Assembly (NCBI GenBank): GCA_947628275.1
Contig: CANQZD010000001.1
Coordinates: forward strand, 16,401-80,400
Direction of reading: 5' to 3'
Origin: an uncultured Bacilli bacterium
GTDB lineage: Bacteria; Bacillota_I; Bacilli_A; RF39; UBA660
Length of the DNA stretch: 64,000 bases
Positions 38,988 to 49,457 of the stretch are shown one piece after another (within the stretch, counting starts at the first letter, position 1; each line of letters opens with the position of its first letter). The notes under the pieces were generated by a model. It was not told the DNA's origin. It searched no databases and worked only from the letters and a program-made list of their open reading frames with translations. A program made the position numbers and the translations under genes.

Positions 38988-41303
38988 ATGATGAAAACTT
39001 TACCAGTTATTTTATTAAAAGGTTTTGTCTTACTTCCTAATGAAGAAGTAAAAATTGAACTTAATAATGAATTATCTCGAAAGATAATTATGATAAGTGG
39101 TAAAAGTTTTGCAAATCAAGTTTTGATTGTCTCACCAAAAGATGCTTTAGAGGAAACTCCAGAAGTAAGTGATTTACCTAAGATAGTAGTATATGGTTTT
39201 ATTGAAAGTAAAATGGAATTACCTAATGGTCATTTACGGGTTAAAATTTTAGGTAAAGAAAGAATTAAAATTAAAAAATATTATAATGATAAAGATGATG
39301 AAGATATTTTAAAGGCTCTTTATGAAAATATTAAGCCAACTAAAATTGATAAAGTTGTAGAAGAATCTTTAAAAAGAAGACTTAAGTCTACTTTAAAAAA
39401 ATATGTAAATTTAAATCCTAGTTTATCTAACAGTGTAATGGGATTAATAAATTCTAAACAATCTTTAGATGAAATGACAGATATTATTATTAGTTTCATG
39501 CCATTAAATATTGAAAAAAAATTGTTTTATATGCAAGAAGCTAATCGGGAAAAAAGAGCTCATTTTTTACTTAAAGATTTAAATTATGAATTAGAAGTTT
39601 TAAAATATGATCAAGAGTTAAATATGACTTTACAACAAAATTTAGATGAAAATCAAAAAGAGTTTATTTTACGGGAAAAACTAAAAGAAATTAAGAAAGC
39701 ATTAGGTGAAGAAAACGAGAAAAAGATTGAGGCTGTTTTATGGACTAATAAACTTACAACTTTAAATTTAGATGAAAAAACAGTTATTAAAATTAAAAGA
39801 GAGATTAATAAATATGAGCAAATGAATGATTTAAGTCCCGATGCTTCTTTTATTAGAAATTATCTAGAAACCTTTTTTGCGTTACCTTGGCATAAATTTT
39901 CTTATGATGAAACTGATTTAGACCATATTTTAGAAGTTTTAAATAAAACTCATTATGGCTTGGAAGATGTTAAGAATCGAATTATTGAATATTGTGCAGT
40001 TAAAAAACGAAATCCTAATTTAAGAAGTCCAATTATTTGTTTAGTTGGACCACCTGGAGTAGGTAAAACTACAATTGCAATGTCAATTGCTAAAGCGTTA
40101 AATAAAGAATTTTATAAAATAAGTGTTGGTGGTTTAAATGATGCTTCAGAATTAAGCGGAAATAGAAGAACTTATATTGGTTCTGGTCCTGGTAAAATTA
40201 TTGAAGCAATGATTAAGTGTGGAACTAATAATCCTGTTTTATTAATTGATGAAGTTGATAAAATGACAAAAGATTATCGTGGTGATCCAGCAAGTGTTTT
40301 ACTTGATGTATTAGATTATCCACAAAATCAAACTTTTATTGATCATTATATAGAAGAACCATTTGATTTAAGTAATGTATTGTTTATCTTAACTGCTAAT
40401 GATATAACTAAGATTCCAGTAGAATTAAAAGATCGGTTAGAAATTATTGAGGTTACAAGTTATACATTGTATGAAAAAATAAATTTAGCTAAAGAATATT
40501 TAATTCCTAAAATATATGCAGAATATAATCTTGATTTAAAAGAACTAACTATTACTGATGGAGTTATTAGTACAATTATTACTCATTATACTAAAGAAGC
40601 TGGAGTAAGAGAGTTACAAAGAAAATTAGAAACTTTAGTAAGAAAAGTTTTAACAGGAAGTATTAAAGCTAAGAAAAAATTAATTGGTAGTTTAAGTGAA
40701 AAAGATGTAAAAAAGTATTTAGATGTTTTTTTGTATGATGATAGGTCTTTACCTAAAACTAATGAATATGGTTTAGTAAATGCTTTAGCTTGGACTAATG
40801 TTGGGGGAAAAGTTTTACCTATTGAGTCATGTATGTTTAAAGGACATGGTAAATTAGAAATAAGTGGTTCTATTAAAGAAATTATGAAAGAATCAATTTT
40901 GGTAGGGATAGATTATTTAAAAAGTCATTATGAAGAATTTAATATTGATATTGATAAGTATGATATTCATATTCATGCTTTAGATGGGGCTACTCCAAAA
41001 GATGGACCTAGTGCTGGAGTGGCAATTACAACTTCTTTATTTAGTTTAGTTACTAAAAAAGTAATTGATCAAACTATTGGTTTTACTGGGGAGATTTCTT
41101 TAAGAGGTGATATTTTACCTGTTGGAGGAATCAAAGAAAAATTAATTGGGGCATTTAATAATGGTATTCGAACTGTTTATTTGCCTAAAGAAAATAAAAA
41201 TGATTTAAATAAGGTTCCAGAATATGTTATTGATAATTTAGAAATAGTTTTAGTTAGTAATTATAAAGAAATTTATAAAAAATTGTTTAAAGAAAAAAAA
41301 TAA
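38988..41303 (+). CDS. lon: ATP-dependent Lon protease
   Basis: A LON N-terminal domain, the AAA+ motif 'GPPGVGKTT' and the protease motif 'DGPSAGVAI' with a catalytic Lys. Confidence 0.9.
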   Translation: MMKTLPVILLKGFVLLPNEEVKIELNNELSRKIIMISGKSFANQVLIVSPKDALEETPEVSDLPKIVVYGFIESKMELPNGHLRVKILGKERIKIKKYYNDKDDEDILKALYENIKPTKIDKVVEESLKRRLKSTLKKYVNLNPSLSNSVMGLINSKQSLDEMTDIIISFMPLNIEKKLFYMQEANREKRAHFLLKDLNYELEVLKYDQELNMTLQQNLDENQKEFILREKLKEIKKALGEENEKKIEAVLWTNKLTTLNLDEKTVIKIKREINKYEQMNDLSPDASFIRNYLETFFALPWHKFSYDETDLDHILEVLNKTHYGLEDVKNRIIEYCAVKKRNPNLRSPIICLVGPPGVGKTTIAMSIAKALNKEFYKISVGGLNDASELSGNRRTYIGSGPGKIIEAMIKCGTNNPVLLIDEVDKMTKDYRGDPASVLLDVLDYPQNQTFIDHYIEEPFDLSNVLFILTANDITKIPVELKDRLEIIEVTSYTLYEKINLAKEYLIPKIYAEYNLDLKELTITDGVISTIITHYTKEAGVRELQRKLETLVRKVLTGSIKAKKKLIGSLSEKDVKKYLDVFLYDDRSLPKTNEYGLVNALAWTNVGGKVLPIESCMFKGHGKLEISGSIKEIMKESILVGIDYLKSHYEEFNIDIDKYDIHIHALDGATPKDGPSAGVAITTSLFSLVTKKVIDQTIGFTGEISLRGDILPVGGIKEKLIGAFNNGIRTVYLPKENKNDLNKVPEYVIDNLEIVLVSNYKEIYKKLFKEKK

Positions 41304-41340
41304 GTTAGTTTTTAAATGGACTAACTTATTTTAATTTTTT
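41301..41340. terminator. Bidirectional terminator hairpin between lon and the convergent small gene
   Basis: 'TAAGTTAGTttttaaatggACTAACTTA' followed by a T-run. Confidence 0.5.
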
Positions 41341-41484
41341 TGCTTCACGAGCTGTAATAATTACTTTTTCACCATTAATAGTTTTCTTTTGTTTATTTGG
41401 TTTTTGCCTTGTTTTAGTAGCATTTAAGGCTTTACTTCTAGTATTTACAGTTTTAGGCTTTTTAGTTGTTAATACTTTGGCCAT
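41326..41484 (-). CDS. Small lysine-rich basic protein (52 aa), function unknown
   Basis: A 'GGAGGTG' RBS lies 6 nt before the internal ATG 41484. The sequence is 'MAKVLTTKKPKTVNTRSKALNATKTRQKPNKQKK...'. Confidence 0.45.
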   Translation of the reverse strand: MAKVLTTKKPKTVNTRSKALNATKTRQKPNKQKKTINGEKVIITAREAKKLK

Positions 41485-41634
41485 TATCTTCACCTCCACG
41501 TTTTTCTTTTCTGGTAAGATTTTAACATTATTGTGATTATAAGTCAATTATACTTTAACAAGTGTTAAAGGAAAATACTTGGTAATTTTAGAGGACAATG
41601 ATATAATTGTTTATAGAAAAGGTGGGTGTTAACA

Positions 41635-44550
41635 ATGAAAATTCCTTTGCGAATAGTAAGTGATTATTCATTATTAAAAAGTTTAATAAGCCTACCAAAA
41701 TTAATTCCTTTTTTAGTTAAAAATAATATTAAAGTATGTGGAATATGTGATGATAATTTATTTGGAGTTATGGAATTTTATGATTTATGTATAGCTAATA
41801 AAATTAAACCTTTAATTGGCTTAAAAGTTCCTTTTTTAACAATTAATTTAGCAATGTATGCTAAAAATTATGATGGGTATAAAAATCTTTTAAAAATTCA
41901 TACTAAAATGCAAGAAAAAGAACAAATTGCTTCATTAGATAAAAAGTTTTTTGATAATATATTAGTTATAATGGATGCCAGTGATTTAACTAATTATGAA
42001 ACTATCAAACCATTTTTTAAAGATGAAGATTTCTTTTTGGCTTATGAAAATGATAGAGAAAAGAAAAATGCTTATTTAAAAACTGATAGACTTGTATATG
42101 CTCCTTATTTAAAATGTTTTAAAGATGAGGATAGTGATGCGTTAGATTTATTAAAAGCAATTGATAAAAATATTAGTTTAGATGAAGTTGATAAAACTAA
42201 TTACCAATATCAAAGTTTGGAAAGTTTTATGCAGGTAGATGCAAATAATTTAGCATTGGCAAATTTATGTAATGTCGTTATTCCTAAAGATAAAAAATAT
42301 ATTCCACATTATGATCAAAATATTAATAATTCTTTTGGTTATTTAAAGGCTTTAGCAACAAAAGGTTTAGAAAAAAGATTAAATGGTAAGGTAACTAATG
42401 AGTATTTGAAACGGCTTTCTTATGAATTAGAAGTTATAAATAAGATGGGTTTTGTTGATTATTTTTTAATTGTTTATGATTATGTAAAATATGCTAAAAC
42501 TAATAATATTTTAGTAGGAATGGGTAGAGGTTCAGCAGCTGGTTCACTAGTTAGTTATACTTTAGGAATTACGGATGTTGATCCGATTAAATACCATTTA
42601 TTATTTGAAAGATTTTTAAATCCTGAACGAATTAGTATGCCTGATATTGATATTGATTTTGAAGATACTAAAAGAAATCAAGTAGTGGAATATGTTAAGA
42701 ATAAATATGGAATTAAAAATGTAGCAAATATTATTACTTTTGGAACTTTAAAATGTAAATTAGCAATTAGATGTGTCGGTAAAGCTTTAAGAATTCCTAA
42801 TGATTTATTAGAAAATTTTGTAGCTTTAATTGACCCGAAAATTGATTTAAAAACTAATTTATTAAATCCTAAAGTTAAAAAAATGGTGGCAAGTGATGAT
42901 GGTTTAAAAGAAGTTGTTAGGAAATGTTTTTTAATTGAGGGTTTAAAAAAACATCTTTCAACTCATGCAGCTGGGGTAGTTATTAGTGAAGTTAAACTAG
43001 ATGAAGTAATTCCTATTTATTTAAATGGCGAAGAATTATTAACCGGAATTACAATGAATTATTTAGAAGAACTTGGGTTAATTAAGATGGATTTTTTAAG
43101 TATTAAAAATTTAACTATAATTGCCAATGTTTTACAATTAATTGAAGATAATACTAAACAGGTATTAAATATTAATAAAATTGATTTTGATGATGCTAAG
43201 TTAATGAAAATGTTTGCTTTAGGTGATACGGTAGGAATTTTTCAGTTTGAAAGTGAAGGAATTAAAAATTTTTTAAAGAAATTAAAACCTCAAAATTTTT
43301 TAGATATTGTTAGTGCAATTGCTTTGTATCGACCGGGGCCAATGAATAATATTGATAGTTTTATTAAAAGAAAAAATGGTCAAGAGAAAGTTTTATATTT
43401 ACATCCTTCATTAGAACCTATTTTAAAAGAAACTTATGGAATTATTGTTTATCAAGAACAAATAATGCAAATTTTAGTTAAGGTAGCAGGATTTTCTTAT
43501 GCTGAGGCTGATTTAATTAGAAGAGCTGTGAGTAAGAAAAAGAAAAATATTATGGAAAGTGCTAAAGAAGATTTTATTAAAAGGGCTTGTTTAAATGGCT
43601 ATCAAGAAATAATTGCTAAACAAATATATGATTTGATTTTAAAATTTGCTGATTATGGTTTTAATAAATCTCATTCAGTTAGTTATGCTTTAATTGGTGT
43701 GCAAATGGCTTATTTAAAATGTTATTATCCAATATATTTTATTACTAATTTGTTAAATATGGCGATTAATAGTGTAACTAAAACTAAAGAATATATGACT
43801 TTAGCTAAAAAGTATCAGATTAAATTTTTACCACCGAGTGTTAATTTTAGTACGGATACATATAAAATTGAAGGTAATTTTTTACGCTTGCCATTTCCTT
43901 TAATAAGAAATTTAGGCAGTGAGGCAACTAAAAATATTATTTTAGAAAGAGAAAAAGGGTTGTTTGTAGATTATTTAGATTTTGTTTGTCGTTGTGTAGG
44001 AAAAAGTGTTAATAAAAAAACTATTGAAGCTTTAATTATGGCGGGGGCTTTAGATGAATTTAAGTATAATCATAATACGTTAAAAAATAATTTGGATAAA
44101 GCATTAGATTATGCGTCTTTAGTACATGATTTAGCTAGTGAATTTGTTTTAAAACCAGAAATTACGATTGAACCAGATAGTACAATTGATGAAAAAAGAA
44201 ATGAAGAGTATCTTACTTATGGGTTTTATATTAGTAATCATCCTGCAAGTGCATATAATGATAACTTGTTAATGAAAATTGAAAATATTAAAGAATATTT
44301 TAATCAATATGTAAGATGTGTAATATTGATTGAAAACTTAAAAAAAATTAAAACTAAAAATAATGAAGATATGGCTTTTATTACGGGTAGTGATGAGACA
44401 GGAATTGGCAATTTTGTTATCTTTAATAAAGAATTAAATCAAACTCCAGTTTTTAAGGTTGGTGATTTGGTACTGGTAAATGGTCGAGTTAGTAAAAGAT
44501 TTGCGGAGTATCAAGTAAATATCAATAGTTTGCAAATTTTAACAAAATAA
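41635..44550 (+). CDS. dnaE: DNA polymerase III alpha subunit, DnaE-type (short, with a degenerate PHP domain)
   Basis: The Pol IIIα motifs 'GMGRGSAAGSLVSYTLGITDVDPIKYHLLFERFLNPERISMPDIDIDF' and 'NKSHSVSYA'. The N-terminal PHP region lacks the usual HxH ('IVSDYS'). An 'AAGGTGG' RBS precedes ATG 41635. Confidence 0.8.
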   Translation: MKIPLRIVSDYSLLKSLISLPKLIPFLVKNNIKVCGICDDNLFGVMEFYDLCIANKIKPLIGLKVPFLTINLAMYAKNYDGYKNLLKIHTKMQEKEQIASLDKKFFDNILVIMDASDLTNYETIKPFFKDEDFFLAYENDREKKNAYLKTDRLVYAPYLKCFKDEDSDALDLLKAIDKNISLDEVDKTNYQYQSLESFMQVDANNLALANLCNVVIPKDKKYIPHYDQNINNSFGYLKALATKGLEKRLNGKVTNEYLKRLSYELEVINKMGFVDYFLIVYDYVKYAKTNNILVGMGRGSAAGSLVSYTLGITDVDPIKYHLLFERFLNPERISMPDIDIDFEDTKRNQVVEYVKNKYGIKNVANIITFGTLKCKLAIRCVGKALRIPNDLLENFVALIDPKIDLKTNLLNPKVKKMVASDDGLKEVVRKCFLIEGLKKHLSTHAAGVVISEVKLDEVIPIYLNGEELLTGITMNYLEELGLIKMDFLSIKNLTIIANVLQLIEDNTKQVLNINKIDFDDAKLMKMFALGDTVGIFQFESEGIKNFLKKLKPQNFLDIVSAIALYRPGPMNNIDSFIKRKNGQEKVLYLHPSLEPILKETYGIIVYQEQIMQILVKVAGFSYAEADLIRRAVSKKKKNIMESAKEDFIKRACLNGYQEIIAKQIYDLILKFADYGFNKSHSVSYALIGVQMAYLKCYYPIYFITNLLNMAINSVTKTKEYMTLAKKYQIKFLPPSVNFSTDTYKIEGNFLRLPFPLIRNLGSEATKNIILEREKGLFVDYLDFVCRCVGKSVNKKTIEALIMAGALDEFKYNHNTLKNNLDKALDYASLVHDLASEFVLKPEITIEPDSTIDEKRNEEYLTYGFYISNHPASAYNDNLLMKIENIKEYFNQYVRCVILIENLKKIKTKNNEDMAFITGSDETGIGNFVIFNKELNQTPVFKVGDLVLVNGRVSKRFAEYQVNINSLQILTK

Positions 44551-44590
44551 ATTTAGTTTTGTGATATAGTAGTAGAGGAGATGTTAGAAG

Positions 44591-47500
44591 ATGCCTAATG
44601 ATTTAGTAAATTTTTTGAATTTTTTGAATATTAAAGATTTAGAACCGTTTAAAGAAAGTAGTATTTTAAAAGTTAAAGTAATTAAAAAAGAAAATAAAAT
44701 CGATGTTGATTTTAAAAATCCTCATCCTTATTCTTTTGAAATATGTCATACTTTATTGAAAAAATTAAAAAAAGCTAGTAGTGAAGATAAAGCTTTTACG
44801 GGTCATTTTTTTTATGATGAAGTAACCAAAGAAGATGTTTTAGCTTTTATGGTAGCTTATTTACAAGATTTAAAGACAAGAAAACCATCTTTAAGTGGGA
44901 TAAGTGAAGAATTAAATATTGAAGATGATATTATTACTTTTGAAGTTGGTAGTACCTTAGAAGAAAAAGAAATTAAAAAAGAAAGTAAAAATATGGCCAA
45001 AGAATTGGAATTGTTTGGTTATGGGGAATATGAAATTACCACTTTTTTGAATCAAGAAATTTTAAAAAATGTTAAAGAAGAAATTAATGAAGCTAAAAAT
45101 AATACTTCATTTGAAGTTAAGGAAGCTAAAATTGAGGGAAGTGTATTGTTAGGTCAAGAAATAAATGCGGAAATATCTGTTATTAATAATGTGATTGGTG
45201 AGAGTAAAAATGTTGCATTTGAAGCATATATTTTTGGAATAGAGTGTTTAGAAAGAGATAATATAAATATTATTACTTTAAAGATTAGTGATAAAACTAA
45301 TTCAATGTTAGCCAAGATTTTTAAAAAAGAAAAAAGTGAATTTCAGTTAATTAAGAAAGAGTTAAAAGAAGGTAATTGGTATCGTTTTTTTGGTAATGTC
45401 ATGTATGATAATTTTGCGCGGGATTATGTACTTACAATTCGTTCATTAGAAAAAATTGATTCGAAAGATACACCAGTAATTGATTTAGAAGAAGAAAAAA
45501 GAGTGGAACTTCATTTACATACAATGATGAGTGCAATGGATGGGGTTACTCCTTATGAAGAAAAGGATGCTAATAATGTCGTTAAGTATGCGGCTAAAAT
45601 GGGATTAAAAGCTTTAGCAATTACTGATCATAACTGTGTTCAATCTTTTCCTGAAATATTTCATACAGTAAGTCATATGAATAGTGGCAAAGAAGAAAGT
45701 GAACATTTTAAAGTTCTTTATGGAGCTGAAATGAATATTGTTAATGATGATGTTGATATAGTCTTTAATAATAAAACTTATAATTTGCTTACTGATACAT
45801 TTGTCGTATTTGATACTGAAACGACTGGATTTTATGCTGGTAGTGATGTTTTAATTGAAATTGGGGCTGTTAAAATTTGTGATGGTAAGATTATTGATCG
45901 ATTTGATGAACTAATAGATCCGGAAAGACCAATTCCTCAAAAAATTACGGATTTGACTTTTATTACGAATGAAATGGTTAGAGGATGTGCTAAAGAAGAA
46001 GAAGTTGTTAAAAGATTTTTAGATTGGGCTCAAGATTTACCAATGGTAGCTCATAATGCAAAATTTGATATTTCTTTTATGAGTGCTGCTTGCCGAAAAT
46101 ATAATTTAGGTGAATTTGATAAAACAGTAGTTGATACGATGAGTATGGCTAGAATTTTGTATCCAGATTGGCCAAATCATAAATTGCAGACTTTAACTAA
46201 AAAATTAGATGTTCCTTGGGATGAGGATAAACATCACCGAGCTGATTATGATGCAGAAGGAACTGCTATTGCTTTTGCAAAGATGGCTAAAAATTTAAAT
46301 AATCAAAATACTTATACAACTGATGAATTATTAAGTTTAGTAGATGTTGATGATTTAGTTCGCTTTAGATTCCCTTTTCATGCGGTTTTAATTGCTAAAA
46401 ATAAAGTTGGATTAAAAAATTTGTTTAAGATAGTTTCAATTGCTAATACTAAATATTTATATAAAAATGAACAACCTAAAATTCCAAGAAGAGATATTAT
46501 TTCAATGCGGGATGGTTTGCTTATTGGTTCAGGATGTATTAATGGGGAAATTTTTGAATCTTCAATTGGTAAAGAAGATGAAGAATTAGTTAATATGATG
46601 AGTTTTTATGATTATATAGAAGTTCAACCTCCATCTGTATTTGCTCATTTAATTGGAAATGAAAGAAAATTTAGTACTTTACATGATGCAGAAGAATTTT
46701 TAAAAAGAATTATTAGAATAGCTAAAGAAGCGGGAAAACCAGTTGTAGCAACAGGAGATGTTCATAATTTAAAAAAGGAAGATAAAATTTATCGAGATAT
46801 TATTGTTAATCAAAAATTTAATGGTAAGTTACATCCTTTAAATAGAAGAGGAATTGAAGTTCCTAATATGTATTTAAGAACGACAAAGGAAATGTTAGAA
46901 GAATTTGCTTTTTTGGGTGAAGAATTAGCTTATGAAATTGTTGTAACTAATACTAATATGATTGCTAATATGTGCGAGGAAATTGAAGTTATTCCAAATA
47001 CGCATGGTATTCCTTTTGCCCCTGTAATTCCTGATTCACAAATGACGGTTACTAAAATGGTTTATGATAAAGCTAAATCATGGTATGGAGATCCGTTACC
47101 TTATCATTTAGAAGAACGAATTGCTTTAGAATTATATGGAGCTGGATTTATTGATGCAGTAAAGAAAAATGCGGGAACTGATGAAGATGCAATTTATAAA
47201 AGAATGCATGAAGTAGTAATTAAAGGCCCAGAGAGTGTTGAAAATGAAATTTATTTGGCTTTAAAAAAAGATGATAATGAATCATCTGATGAAGAGTTAC
47301 ATCAAAAAGCTAAAAAGACCATGACTGCAATTATTGGAGCTAATTTTGACGTTATATATTTAATTGCTCAAAAGTTAGTTAAGCATTCTAATGATGAAGG
47401 ATTTTTAGTTGGTTCAAGAGGTAGTGTTGGTTCTTCTTTTGTAGCTAATTTAATGGGAATAACTGAAGTTAATGCTTTGTCACCTCATTATCGGTGTCCG

Positions 47501-49114
47501 AAGTGTCAACATAGTGAGTTTGAAGATGAAAATGGTGAATCTTTAGGAAATAATTATAAGTGTGGTTATGATTTACCTGATAAAAAATGTCCAAAGTGTC
47601 AGACGAGAATGGATAAAGAAGGGCATGATATACCTTTTCAAACATTCTTAGGGTTTAATGCTGATAAGGTTCCTGATATTGACTTAAACTTTTCTGATTT
47701 AAATCAAGCAAGTGCTCATGAATATACGAAAGTATTATTTGGCGTTGATAATGTTTATCGAGCTGGAACAATTGGAACAGTTGCTGAAAAGACGGCTTTT
47801 GGTTATGTACGTGGTTATTGTGAATCGAAAAATATTATGATGCGAAATATTGAAGTTGAACGGCTTGCTAAAGGTTGTACTGGAGTTAAAAGAACTACTG
47901 GACAGCATCCTGGTGGAATAGTAGTTATTCCTGGTTATAAAGAAGTTTTTGATTTTACTCCATTTCAATATCCTTCTGAAGATCCGTCAAAGGCTTGGCG
48001 AACAACGCATTTTGATTATCATGCGATTGATGAATGTGTTTTAAAGTTAGATATTTTAGGTCATACTGATCCAACTCAGTTAAGAATGATTCAAGATTTG
48101 ACGGGTGATGATATTACTAAAATACCTTTAGATGATAAAGAGACAATGTCTATATTTACTTCTACAAAAGCTTTAAAAGTTAGTAAAGAACAAATAATGT
48201 GCGATACTGGTACACTGGGAGTTCCAGAGTTTGGTACCCCATTTACAATTCAATTAGTTAAAGATACTAAACCAACAACTTTTGCTGAGTTAGTTAAAAT
48301 AGCTGGTCTTGCTCATGGTACGGATGTATGGCTTGGTAATGCTCAAGAGTTAATTGAAAAAAATGTTGTACCTTTTAGTAAAGTAATTGGTTGTCGTGAT
48401 GATATTATGGTTGAACTTATTTATGGTGGTCTTGAACCATTTAAAGCCTTTAAAATTATGGAGTTTGTTCGAAAAGGAAAAGCAAGTAAAGATCCAGCAA
48501 CTTGGGCCGAATATAAAGCAATTATGGAACAAGCCAAAATTCCTAAGTGGTTTATTGATTCTTGTTTTAAAATCAAGTACATGTTTCCTAAAGCTCATGC
48601 AGCAGCATATGTTATGTCAGCTTTTCGAATTGCGTGGTATAAGGTTCATAAACCATTAGTTTATTATGCTACATATTTTTCAACAAGATTTACTGATTTT
48701 GATATTGATAGTATGTTAAAGGGTTATGATGCAATTAAAGCTAAGATGATTGATATTCAAAATAAAGGTTATGATGCGACTAATAAAGAACAGGCGGTTT
48801 TAGAAACTTTAAAATTAGCCTTAGAAGCTACAGCTAGAGGTGTGAAGTTTAAGTGTATTGATATTGCTAAAAGTGATGGTTTTAATTTTGTGATTGATGA
48901 AGAAGAACAAGCTTTAATTTTACCATTTAGAAGTTTAGATGGTCTAGGTGATGCAGTAGCGTCTAAAATAGTTGATGAACGGCAACAAAAAGCATTCTTT
49001 AGTATTGAAGATTTTCAAAATCGGAGTAAAGCAAATGCAACAACAATTGATAAAATGCGGTCTTTAGGTATTTTTGATGGGATGCCGGAAACAAGTCAAT
49101 TAAGTTTATTTTAA
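44591..49114 (+). CDS. polC: DNA polymerase III PolC-type (OB + PHP + 3'-5' exonuclease + polymerase)
   Basis: The exonuclease motifs 'FVVFDTETTG' and 'HNAKFDISF', the Zn module 'CPKCQHSE...CPKCQ', the polymerase core, and the 1507-aa size. Confidence 0.9.
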   Translation: MPNDLVNFLNFLNIKDLEPFKESSILKVKVIKKENKIDVDFKNPHPYSFEICHTLLKKLKKASSEDKAFTGHFFYDEVTKEDVLAFMVAYLQDLKTRKPSLSGISEELNIEDDIITFEVGSTLEEKEIKKESKNMAKELELFGYGEYEITTFLNQEILKNVKEEINEAKNNTSFEVKEAKIEGSVLLGQEINAEISVINNVIGESKNVAFEAYIFGIECLERDNINIITLKISDKTNSMLAKIFKKEKSEFQLIKKELKEGNWYRFFGNVMYDNFARDYVLTIRSLEKIDSKDTPVIDLEEEKRVELHLHTMMSAMDGVTPYEEKDANNVVKYAAKMGLKALAITDHNCVQSFPEIFHTVSHMNSGKEESEHFKVLYGAEMNIVNDDVDIVFNNKTYNLLTDTFVVFDTETTGFYAGSDVLIEIGAVKICDGKIIDRFDELIDPERPIPQKITDLTFITNEMVRGCAKEEEVVKRFLDWAQDLPMVAHNAKFDISFMSAACRKYNLGEFDKTVVDTMSMARILYPDWPNHKLQTLTKKLDVPWDEDKHHRADYDAEGTAIAFAKMAKNLNNQNTYTTDELLSLVDVDDLVRFRFPFHAVLIAKNKVGLKNLFKIVSIANTKYLYKNEQPKIPRRDIISMRDGLLIGSGCINGEIFESSIGKEDEELVNMMSFYDYIEVQPPSVFAHLIGNERKFSTLHDAEEFLKRIIRIAKEAGKPVVATGDVHNLKKEDKIYRDIIVNQKFNGKLHPLNRRGIEVPNMYLRTTKEMLEEFAFLGEELAYEIVVTNTNMIANMCEEIEVIPNTHGIPFAPVIPDSQMTVTKMVYDKAKSWYGDPLPYHLEERIALELYGAGFIDAVKKNAGTDEDAIYKRMHEVVIKGPESVENEIYLALKKDDNESSDEELHQKAKKTMTAIIGANFDVIYLIAQKLVKHSNDEGFLVGSRGSVGSSFVANLMGITEVNALSPHYRCPKCQHSEFEDENGESLGNNYKCGYDLPDKKCPKCQTRMDKEGHDIPFQTFLGFNADKVPDIDLNFSDLNQASAHEYTKVLFGVDNVYRAGTIGTVAEKTAFGYVRGYCESKNIMMRNIEVERLAKGCTGVKRTTGQHPGGIVVIPGYKEVFDFTPFQYPSEDPSKAWRTTHFDYHAIDECVLKLDILGHTDPTQLRMIQDLTGDDITKIPLDDKETMSIFTSTKALKVSKEQIMCDTGTLGVPEFGTPFTIQLVKDTKPTTFAELVKIAGLAHGTDVWLGNAQELIEKNVVPFSKVIGCRDDIMVELIYGGLEPFKAFKIMEFVRKGKASKDPATWAEYKAIMEQAKIPKWFIDSCFKIKYMFPKAHAAAYVMSAFRIAWYKVHKPLVYYATYFSTRFTDFDIDSMLKGYDAIKAKMIDIQNKGYDATNKEQAVLETLKLALEATARGVKFKCIDIAKSDGFNFVIDEEEQALILPFRSLDGLGDAVASKIVDERQQKAFFSIEDFQNRSKANATTIDKMRSLGIFDGMPETSQLSLF

Positions 49115-49144
49115 AAAAAGAATAGGGGCTCTATTCTTTTTTAG
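49112..49144. terminator. Bidirectional rho-independent terminator
   Basis: 'AAGAATAGgggcTCTATTCTT' flanked by A7 and T6. Confidence 0.6.
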
Positions 49145-49335
49145 TTGTTATTATTATTGTAGTTACCATACCAACCAGCGCCAATGATGATAACTAATAA
49201 AATGAATAATACTATCCATATGGCAGCGCCAGCACCATAGCCAGATGTGTATCCGGCATAACCATTATTACAACATGGTTGTTGGTAGCCGCCATATCCG
49301 CCACCATAGTAGCCATTATTTCCATAATAATACAT
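49141..49335 (-). CDS. YjcZ-like Gly/Tyr-rich small sporulation-type protein with a C-terminal TM segment (64 aa)
   Basis: 'MYYYGNNGYYGGGYGGYQQPCCNNGYAGY...AAIWIVLFILLVIIIGAGWY'. An 'AAGGAGG' RBS lies 6 nt before the internal ATG 49335. The track's N-terminal extension has no RBS. Confidence 0.55.
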   Translation of the reverse strand: MYYYGNNGYYGGGYGGYQQPCCNNGYAGYTSGYGAGAAIWIVLFILLVIIIGAGWYGNYNNNNN

Positions 49336-49457
49336 ATACGTAACCTCCTTAATCTTTCTATTATAGTTTATTAAATTATTCATTTTTTGACATAAAAAAA
49401 AGATTTTTTTAAAAAAAGTTTGATAAAGTATGATAAGATTAAGATGGTGAATAAGAT

